Below are positions 56,510 to 64,000 of a DNA stretch of 64,000 bases, in pieces; within the stretch, counting starts at the first letter, position 1; each line of letters opens with the position of its first letter. The position numbers and the translations under genes are program-made. The stretch is from positions 5,452 to 69,451 of the forward strand of contig JBEDDG010000004.1 of NCBI GenBank assembly GCA_041176305.1, in the 5' to 3' direction. The stretch comes from Bacteroidota bacterium (GTDB lineage: Bacteria > Bacteroidota > Bacteroidia > Chitinophagales > Chitinophagaceae). Below the pieces are notes generated by a model. The model was not told the origin of the DNA and did not search any database. It saw nothing but the letters and a program-made list of their open reading frames with translations.

Positions 56510-59317
56510 ATGAATACACAAAAAATAGCTCAATTTATTTTCATAAACTGCTTATTATTAATTAGTTATGTAAATTTTGCTCAAAATACAAGCATTCAAG
56601 GCACGATTAAGGATAGTATTGCGAATCGCGCATTGAACGCAGCAACGGTTTCATTGGTGAATGCTAAAGATTCTTCTTTGATCAGTTTTTCAAGAACCAA
56701 CGAGTCAGGTGGCTTTATTTTTAAAAATGTAGCCACAGGAAATTACTTGATCTCTGTTTCCTATGTAGGCTATCAACCTAAATGGCTTCCTGTGCCAACA
56801 AGTACAGAGAAAATAGTAGAGATGGGCACCCTCTTTATGAATGACGTAAATACGATGTCTACTGTTACTGTGACAGCACGCAGACCTCCTGTAGTAATTA
56901 ATGGAGATTCAATAGAGTTTAATTCTGAAAATTTTAAGACTGCTCCCAATGCGGTGGTAGAAGATTTATTAAAAAAGATGCCAGGCATAGAAGTAGACAA
57001 AGCGGGTGGCATTACTGTGAATGGAAAAACGGTCACCAAGGTTTTTGTAAATGGGAAAGAATTTTTTACTGGAGATCCAAAAATGGCAACAAAAAATTTA
57101 CCAGCAGATGCGGTAGATAAAATTCAAGTATATGATCGCAAATCAGATCAAGCGATGTTTACTGGTATTGATGACGGATCAGAAGAAACTGCAATCAATT
57201 TAAAATTAAAGAAAGATCGCAATCGTTCTACTTTTGGAAAATTGAGTGGTGGCGCTGGTACGCCAAGTGTATTTGATGGGCAGGGTAATATCAACGTCAT
57301 TAATAATGATGAACAAATTTCAGCGATTGGAGGCGCCAACAATACCAATCGTCAAAATTTTTCTAGCAGAAATATTGTGAATTTTTCTGGTGGCGGTGGC
57401 GGTAGACCAGGTGCGGGTGCAGGTGTAACTATTAATTTTAGTGGTGGCTCTGGTGAGACAGATGCCAATGCGCAAGGGATTGCGGAAACCTATTCTATTG
57501 GAGGTAATTACTCAAACATCTTTAACAATAAAAAAACAGAGTTCAATGCTAATACCTCAATTAATGATGTAGAGCGCAATAACAACAGTGTTTCATTTAC
57601 ACAAAACTTAACCCCTAATAATCAATTTAACAGAAAATCAAATTCAAATTCCATCAATCGAAATCAACAACAAAGCTTTGGTAGCACGATTGACCATAAA
57701 GTTTCTGAAACCTTTTCTTATAAGTTTACACCCAATTTAAGTTGGCAACAAACAAGTTCAATAAGTGAGGACTCTACTTTAACTAGATCAGGACTTGATC
57801 CAAACGGAAATTTAATTAATAGCAATACAACTGCATCATCCAGTGTTTCAGACGCTGTAAATGCTTCCAGTAATTTATTGTTGCGAAAAAAATTCGCTAA
57901 AAAAGGAAGAACCATTTCCTCTACGATAACCCAAAGTTACAATCAGTCTAATTCAACCGGCAATCAGTATACGAGTCAGTACTTTTATGCTAATGGAATG
58001 TTAACTTCTGATTCTATACTAGACCAACAGAATATCAGAAAAGGAAACACTGCTAGCTATTCTGCTAACCTTATTTACACAGAGCCGATTAGTAAAAGGT
58101 CTTTACTTGAATTTAATAGTTATTTGAGTAAGTCCATTGGGTCTTCTAGCAGAAAAGTATATGACCAAAACAACACAAATGAGGCATATGATCTTTTGAA
58201 TACTCGCTTAACCAATGAATTCAATAGTGAATATACCTATTCGGGTGGAGGGATGAGTTTTAGGTCCAATCAAAAGAAATTCAATTTTGCTACAGGCGTA
58301 TCCTTGCAGAATGCAACTTTGGATGGAGAGAATATCAGTGCAAAAACAAAGCTGAGCCAAAGCTTCCAAGATATCTTGCCGAATGCAAATTTTAGGTATA
58401 ATTTTTCTCAAACAAAAAACTTGAATATAGATTACCGTACTTCTACCAATCAGCCATCTATTACACAGTTGCAACCGGTATTAGATCAAAGCAATATCAA
58501 TAGACAAGTTATTGGTAATCCTGATTTAAAAAGAAGTTATGTACACAATTTAAACCTACGTTTTTTCTCTTCTAAAATTTTAGCAGGTAAAAATTTCTTC
58601 TCAAGTTTAAACGCTTCTGCCACAAATAACTCTATCGTGAATTACGATAGTGTACTACCTAATCGTACTATTCTTTCTAAGCCAGTGAATGTCAATGGAG
58701 CTTATAGAGTCAATGGTTCGGTGAATTATGGTTTCGGCATTAAAAAAATCAATTCAAGGTTAAATTTTGGATTGAGCGCAGGTTTAAATAACAATATCTC
58801 TTATGCCAATGGATTATTAAATACGATAGTTACCAAGTCTACTGGGCCTTCTATGACCTATAGTTATATTTTAGACGATGTAATTGATATTAATTTAACA
58901 GCACGTTATGCTTTTAGTAAAACAAGTAACGAAGTGAACCCAACTTTAAATACTAATTTCTTAACCAAGGTATTTGGGGCAGACATGACCAATTATTTAC
59001 CTTTGAATATCGTGTTAAATCAATCTTTTAATTACACTATCAATAGTGGACGAGCAGAAGGATTTAATACCGCTGTGCCCATTTGGAATGCTAGTTTTTC
59101 TAAATTCTTTATGAAGAATAAAAGGGCAGAACTAAAAATGAGTGCCTTTGACTTATTGAATAAGAATATTGGCATAAGTAGAAACGTTTCTCAGAACCAG
59201 ATTGTGGATAGGTCTTACAATGTGATCAATCAATATTTTTTACTGAGCTTTACCTATAGTTTACAAAAATCTGGATTAGGCGGTGGTGCTAGACCCATGA
59301 TGATCAGAATGAACTAA
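56510..59317 (+). CDS. Outer membrane beta-barrel protein with carboxypeptidase-regulatory-like N-domain (TonB-receptor-like)
   Basis: Signal peptide; VSYVGY; VEDLLKKMPGIEV..G.I.VNG plug; GNPDLK; FDLLN. Confidence 0.8.
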   Translation: MNTQKIAQFIFINCLLLISYVNFAQNTSIQGTIKDSIANRALNAATVSLVNAKDSSLISFSRTNESGGFIFKNVATGNYLISVSYVGYQPKWLPVPTSTEKIVEMGTLFMNDVNTMSTVTVTARRPPVVINGDSIEFNSENFKTAPNAVVEDLLKKMPGIEVDKAGGITVNGKTVTKVFVNGKEFFTGDPKMATKNLPADAVDKIQVYDRKSDQAMFTGIDDGSEETAINLKLKKDRNRSTFGKLSGGAGTPSVFDGQGNINVINNDEQISAIGGANNTNRQNFSSRNIVNFSGGGGGRPGAGAGVTINFSGGSGETDANAQGIAETYSIGGNYSNIFNNKKTEFNANTSINDVERNNNSVSFTQNLTPNNQFNRKSNSNSINRNQQQSFGSTIDHKVSETFSYKFTPNLSWQQTSSISEDSTLTRSGLDPNGNLINSNTTASSSVSDAVNASSNLLLRKKFAKKGRTISSTITQSYNQSNSTGNQYTSQYFYANGMLTSDSILDQQNIRKGNTASYSANLIYTEPISKRSLLEFNSYLSKSIGSSSRKVYDQNNTNEAYDLLNTRLTNEFNSEYTYSGGGMSFRSNQKKFNFATGVSLQNATLDGENISAKTKLSQSFQDILPNANFRYNFSQTKNLNIDYRTSTNQPSITQLQPVLDQSNINRQVIGNPDLKRSYVHNLNLRFFSSKILAGKNFFSSLNASATNNSIVNYDSVLPNRTILSKPVNVNGAYRVNGSVNYGFGIKKINSRLNFGLSAGLNNNISYANGLLNTIVTKSTGPSMTYSYILDDVIDINLTARYAFSKTSNEVNPTLNTNFLTKVFGADMTNYLPLNIVLNQSFNYTINSGRAEGFNTAVPIWNASFSKFFMKNKRAELKMSAFDLLNKNIGISRNVSQNQIVDRSYNVINQYFLLSFTYSLQKSGLGGGARPMMIRMN

Positions 59318-59372
59318 ATTTGACAATATAAATTATCGGTATTCAATTATAAAACGTTATTAAAAACATCCT

Positions 59373-60218
59373 ATGAAAAAAATACAATTATTACTTGCCT
59401 TGTTAGTTGGCTTGTCCATTACAGCAATGGCTCAAATGAAAGAAGGTAAGATTAGTTACGAACGCAAAGTAAACATGCATCGTAGCTTACCAGATCCTCA
59501 AATGAAATCGATGATCCCAGAGTTCAGAACAGACAAATTTGAATTACTTTTTAATGAGTCTGCTAGTTTATATAGATCCGTGGTGGACGACGAAGCGCCA
59601 GATCCATTTGCCAATGCAGGTGGCGGCGGTGGCGGCGGCATACGTATGAATTTTAGAATGCCAACGACTACAACCTATACAGACATTGCAAAACAAACAC
59701 AGTACGAAGAGCGTGCGTTTTTTGAAAAAGAGTTTTTGATTGTAGACTCTTTGAAACAATACAAATGGAAATTATCAGAAGAGACAAAAACAATTGCTAA
59801 ACAATTGTGTAAAAAAGCAACGACGATGATTACGGCGCCTCAACAAATGAGGGTGCGTATTAATAGAGGTGGTGAAAACAATACCGATTCCGCATCAAAT
59901 GCTCCAAAGCCGCCAAAAGAAACTGAATTGGTGGTATGGTATGCAGAAAATATTCCAGTATCTATTGGGCCTGATAATTACAGCGGCCTACCTGGCGTAA
60001 TTATGGAAATGGATCTAGACAATGGCGCACAAGTAACGACTGCGGTAGAAGTGAGTACTAAATATCCAAAGAAGGAATTAATTCAGCCTACAAAAGGAGA
60101 TAAAATGACACGTGCTCAATTTCAAGAGCAAATGCAAAAGTTAATGCAAGAAATGCAAAGAGGCGGTGGCATTAGAATGGGTGGTAGTACGATTAGATTT
60201 GGCGGCGGGAATGAATAA
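59373..60218 (+). CDS. GLPGLI family protein
   Basis: WKL..ETK.I....CKKA; WYAENIPVSIGP..YSGLPGVIME. Confidence 0.9.
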   Translation: MKKIQLLLALLVGLSITAMAQMKEGKISYERKVNMHRSLPDPQMKSMIPEFRTDKFELLFNESASLYRSVVDDEAPDPFANAGGGGGGGIRMNFRMPTTTTYTDIAKQTQYEERAFFEKEFLIVDSLKQYKWKLSEETKTIAKQLCKKATTMITAPQQMRVRINRGGENNTDSASNAPKPPKETELVVWYAENIPVSIGPDNYSGLPGVIMEMDLDNGAQVTTAVEVSTKYPKKELIQPTKGDKMTRAQFQEQMQKLMQEMQRGGGIRMGGSTIRFGGGNE

Positions 60219-62277
60219 TCCATTTCCAGCCTAATGCAAATGTTCTATTGTCCCCTAAATAATAGGCGTAAGCATTATTGCCTCGAACACTAAAATTTTT
60301 GGTGGCCATAGTTGCGTAGAATTGATCTGTAAGGTTCATACAATGCAACCAGAAACTATGTTTTCCTCTTGCATAATTGACCCTGACATTCATTACATCA
60401 AATCCTGGGTAACGGGTTGTATTGATTTCGTCCATAAAATACCCAGACTGATGTTGCCATTCTAAAGAGGAACTCAAGGCTTTATTCCACTGACTTAATA
60501 GGGTTAGGTTACTAAAAAATCTAGGAGCAGCTACCATTTCTTTATCACTGATGTCTGTGCCTTTGAGTAGGGTATTACGGTATACATGTTTTGCATTGGT
60601 GCCATTCAAGTTCAGTTGTAGCAAAGAACTGAAAGCGTATTTTACTTGGTACTCAATACCATAATGGGTGGTCTGTCCTGTATTTTGATTCAGGTTCACT
60701 CCGTCTGATTGTCGCACAGATATAATTTCGTTTCGGCCATTCAATTGATAGATAGACCATTCAATGGTTCCTTTGGGTAGTTGAAACCAATAGCCTATTT
60801 CTACATTAGAAAAATTTTGTGGCAACAAGTAAGGTACTCTAATAGCATTGTAGATTTCGGTGATCTGTGGTGGTACAAAGCCATTGCTAAAATTAAAATA
60901 ACCACCCCATTTTGGTTGATTAAATGTCATACCAACTTTTGGGGTCCAATTTTTGAAAATATTATTGGCACTGGGCGTTCCTGATTTTAATTGATTTGTA
61001 AAAGCGTAATTAAATTGATCATACCTGATGGCGGCATTCAATCGAATATTTTTTAGGATTGGCTGCATCCAGTTCAAATAGAAAGCTTGATTTAGAATTG
61101 TTGTTGTATAATTCGTGATTAAGCTGTCCTGTATAGGTTGAGTGTATTTAATGAATTTATTTAACGCGGTATCTTTCAATATATCAATATAGTTAGCGCG
61201 CAATCCTTGCCAAGTAGCATCTACATATCCCCCGATTAAAATTTTTGATTGCGTCTTTTTAATATTTATTTGATGTTGTAGGTCTACTACATAAGCATCA
61301 AAATGATTTGAATTCAGTTGGCCTTTGAATTTGGTCGGATTTGAAGTAGATGCAATTAAGTATGCAGGATTCTGGTCCATTGTATTCCCACGGTACATGA
61401 GATTCAATGTGGTGGCTTGATTTTGGTCCCATTGATAGGTAAGGTGTTGGCGAAGTCTAACCAGGTTTAATTTACGATAAGTAAAGCTTTGTTGGGTACT
61501 GTAATTTTTAGCATAAAATTTTATGCTGTCCACTGTACCTGTCATTTGACCATCATAATGGATCATTTGGAACTGTTGATAGCCGGACCATTTTTTGTAA
61601 TTAAAATCTCGCTTAAGACTCAAGGCTGTTTTGTCATAGTCGCTATATTCTAATAAGCCCTTGTTTTGTGCAATTTTACTTACATGTAAAGCCCATCCAG
61701 CTTGTAGACCCGCCTTGTTCCATTCAAGGTCAGTTTTAATTAAACCATTGTTATTGATATGATTGCTTATGGATAAATTTGACTTTAAGGGTCTTGGTGC
61801 ATGGATAAAATTTATGACGCCACCAATGGCTTCGGCACCGTAGAGGGCAGATGCTGGACCTTTGATGACTTCAATCTGTTGGACGGCTGCAGTGTTGATT
61901 TCAATTAAGGCATTGTTGCTAAATAGACCACTTGTTCGGATGGGTAAACCATCTTCTAAATACAGGTATAAGCCTTTTAAAGAAATGGGCTGACGAATAG
62001 ACATCATATGCTGCTCATTCCCTATAGTGGGCATGTACACGCCACTCACTTTATTCAATAAAAAATCGATACGGGGTGCTTTTGCTTCTTGTATTTGTTG
62101 CTTGCCTAAGAGCGATATAGCTATTGGCGCATTAATTCTTTTCTCTTTTGATTTATTAGCAGTAACAATAACAGTTTGTAAAGCGCTATCATTTAGATTG
62201 GGTTGCATTGCTTGTCCATAATGAACCATGGGTAAGAGTAGCAGGGAATAAAATAAAAACTTAGATTGAATTTGCAT
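60193..62277 (-). CDS. TonB-dependent receptor
   Basis: TVIVTA TonB box; IEVIKGPASALYG..AIGGVINF plug motif; NLTD..Y C-terminal motif. Confidence 0.9.
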   Translation of the reverse strand: MQIQSKFLFYSLLLLPMVHYGQAMQPNLNDSALQTVIVTANKSKEKRINAPIAISLLGKQQIQEAKAPRIDFLLNKVSGVYMPTIGNEQHMMSIRQPISLKGLYLYLEDGLPIRTSGLFSNNALIEINTAAVQQIEVIKGPASALYGAEAIGGVINFIHAPRPLKSNLSISNHINNNGLIKTDLEWNKAGLQAGWALHVSKIAQNKGLLEYSDYDKTALSLKRDFNYKKWSGYQQFQMIHYDGQMTGTVDSIKFYAKNYSTQQSFTYRKLNLVRLRQHLTYQWDQNQATTLNLMYRGNTMDQNPAYLIASTSNPTKFKGQLNSNHFDAYVVDLQHQINIKKTQSKILIGGYVDATWQGLRANYIDILKDTALNKFIKYTQPIQDSLITNYTTTILNQAFYLNWMQPILKNIRLNAAIRYDQFNYAFTNQLKSGTPSANNIFKNWTPKVGMTFNQPKWGGYFNFSNGFVPPQITEIYNAIRVPYLLPQNFSNVEIGYWFQLPKGTIEWSIYQLNGRNEIISVRQSDGVNLNQNTGQTTHYGIEYQVKYAFSSLLQLNLNGTNAKHVYRNTLLKGTDISDKEMVAAPRFFSNLTLLSQWNKALSSSLEWQHQSGYFMDEINTTRYPGFDVMNVRVNYARGKHSFWLHCMNLTDQFYATMATKNFSVRGNNAYAYYLGDNRTFALGWKWIIHSRRQI

Positions 62278-62339
62278 TATTGCAAAATTAATGGTTAAAT
62301 TACTATTGATTTTTTCATTTCTTTATTCAATAGGTAATT

Positions 62340-63650
62340 ATGAACAGGATAGTCATTTCTTTTTTGTGTTTATGTTTGGTAGTGACTACAAAGGGTCAAG
62401 TCCAACAAAATACAAGTCCAGTCCTTTCTGTTAAAGAGCAGGCTGCTATTATCAATGAAAACTTAGCAGATAGAATTCAACACCTTTTACCTAGCTTAAT
62501 GGATGAAGCAGGTATAGATTGCTGGGTATTGATTTCAAGAGAATACAATGAAGATCCTATCCTTAAAACATTTTTACCCGCAGAATGGCTTTCTGCAAGA
62601 CGAAGAACGATTTTAGTTTTTTATAGAAATAAAACCAAAGGGTCCATTTCGAGTTATGCAATTGCAAGATACGCAGTAGGTAAAAGTATTCAAGCAGCAT
62701 GGAATCCAGAAAAAGAGCCAGATCAATTTAAGGCGCTTGCTACTTTACTTGCAAGCATCCAGCCTCAAAAAATTGGAGTCAATACTTCTGACAATTTTGG
62801 TCATGCAGATGGCGTCAATTATACCGAGATGGAAATGTTCAAACAAGCCATTGGTGCCAGTTTAGCTATGAAGATTGTTTCTGCTGAAAAATTAGGCGTA
62901 GCATGGTTAGAAACAAGAACAGCCAAGGAAATGGCTTTATATCCAAAAATTTTAAAAATCACCCACGATATTATTAAAGAGGGTTTTAGCAATCAAGTGA
63001 TTCAACCCAACACCACTAAAGCGAGTGAGTTGGTTTGGTGGTTTAGACAAAAAGTAACCGATCTTGGTTTAATTACTTGGTTTCACCCTTCTGTAGACAT
63101 CCAAAGACAAGATACTCAGTATAAGGATGATGTCATTCGACCAGGTGATTTGTTGCATGTTGATTTTGGTATCACTTATTTAAGGTTGAACTCCGATGTG
63201 CAAGAACATGCCTATGTATTAAAATCAACTGAACAAAAAATTCCAGAGGTACTATCTAAGGCATTTACAACGACCAATAGATTACAGGATATCCTGACCA
63301 ATGCTTTTAAGGTTGGACTTACGGGCAATGAGATTTTAGCTACCACCATTAAAAATGCAAAAGCAGAAGGCATAACACCAAGTATCTATACCCATCCAAT
63401 TGGATTTCACGGTCACGCAGCGGGTCCGCCCATTGGCATGTGGGATATGCAAGGCGGTGTACCTGGCGCTGGCGAATACAAGATGCGCCCTAAAACCTGC
63501 TATTCAATTGAATTAAATGCCATGCATACGATTCAGGGATGGAATAGCCCAGTTAGAATTGCACTAGAGCAAAATGGTTATTTTGACGGGAATAGCTTTG
63601 ATTATCTAGATGGTCGTCAAAAAACAATTCACCTCATTCAATCTAAGTAG
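62340..63650 (+). CDS. M24 family metallopeptidase (Xaa-Pro aminopeptidase-like)
   Basis: GDLLHVDFG, SD, HPIGFHGH, SIE, LEQ metal ligands; signal peptide. Confidence 0.85.
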   Translation: MNRIVISFLCLCLVVTTKGQVQQNTSPVLSVKEQAAIINENLADRIQHLLPSLMDEAGIDCWVLISREYNEDPILKTFLPAEWLSARRRTILVFYRNKTKGSISSYAIARYAVGKSIQAAWNPEKEPDQFKALATLLASIQPQKIGVNTSDNFGHADGVNYTEMEMFKQAIGASLAMKIVSAEKLGVAWLETRTAKEMALYPKILKITHDIIKEGFSNQVIQPNTTKASELVWWFRQKVTDLGLITWFHPSVDIQRQDTQYKDDVIRPGDLLHVDFGITYLRLNSDVQEHAYVLKSTEQKIPEVLSKAFTTTNRLQDILTNAFKVGLTGNEILATTIKNAKAEGITPSIYTHPIGFHGHAAGPPIGMWDMQGGVPGAGEYKMRPKTCYSIELNAMHTIQGWNSPVRIALEQNGYFDGNSFDYLDGRQKTIHLIQSK

Positions 63651-63657
63651 TGCTGGA

Positions 63658-63945
63658 CTATACAGTCACTACACTATTTGTTGTTCCAAAAACATTTTGC
63701 ATTTGACTATCTGCTTGATCGTCATTGAGCCAAGTCTTTTTGTCCACTAAATATTTGAATTCGTGCGCTGTACCTTTGTCGATATTCATTTCAACCGAAA
63801 AGCTGCCATCTTTTTTCTTTACTAAAGCAACTCCCTTTTTCCATTCATTGTTTAAACCAAAAAGCTCTACCTTTTTTGCTTCTGCTTCCACCGTGAATTT
63901 TACTTTACAGTAGTTTTTTGTTTTGTAGTATTTCTTTTCTATCAT
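63658..63945 (-). CDS. Isoamylase early-set/CBM48-like glycogen-binding domain protein
   Basis: CKVKF, G..NEW, K.KDGSF, EFKYLVD..W.ND..AD, N.FG..NSV. Confidence 0.8.
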   Translation of the reverse strand: MIEKKYYKTKNYCKVKFTVEAEAKKVELFGLNNEWKKGVALVKKKDGSFSVEMNIDKGTAHEFKYLVDKKTWLNDDQADSQMQNVFGTTNSVVTV

Positions 63946-64000
63946 AATAAGTATTTGTAAGTTTAAATGTTTGATTGTATCTATCTTTTAATACAATTAT

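Noticed and set aside
1-64000. CRISPR array, tRNA/rRNA, integrase, transposase or prophage genes
   Set aside because: No regularly spaced repeats, RNA gene signatures or mobile-element proteins seen; nearly all space is taken by recognisable CDSs

Overview
AT-rich, gene-dense chromosomal window from a free-living Bacteroidota. Evidence: TAnnTTTG-type -7 promoter elements, no evident Shine-Dalgarno motifs, a T9SS C-terminal domain and a GLPGLI protein; Chitinophagaceae-like is an inference. I saw no rRNA, tRNA, CRISPR array, transposase or phage gene. The main feature is a ~16.5 kb reduced-sulfur island (8128-24680). It encodes a Crp-family regulator, a split YeeE pair, TsdA, a Tat-exported SoxB-like hydrolase with altered metal ligands, an OprD-like porin, TauE, SQR, a methyltransferase, two CstB-like persulfide dioxygenase-rhodanese fusions, a rhodanese, a secreted DsrE-like protein and cydAB, with no soxYZ/soxAX/soxCD in the window. 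Five GTGAY-W4-RTCAC palindromes lie in its intergenic regions, four of them exactly 29.5 bp from a -7-like element, suggesting a regulon run by the two-cysteine Crp. A second module (DUF1800, DUF1501 with a T9SS tail, ECF sigma, anti-sigma, Spy-like; 33441-38212) has three copies of a TAAAC(C/T)-N16-GTCTAA promoter. The rest holds an aldehyde dehydrogenase/AraC locus, a photolyase cluster (including a small ORF missed by the track), many secreted peptidases/hydrolases and outer-membrane proteins. Family calls come from motif recognition by eye; no database search was run.
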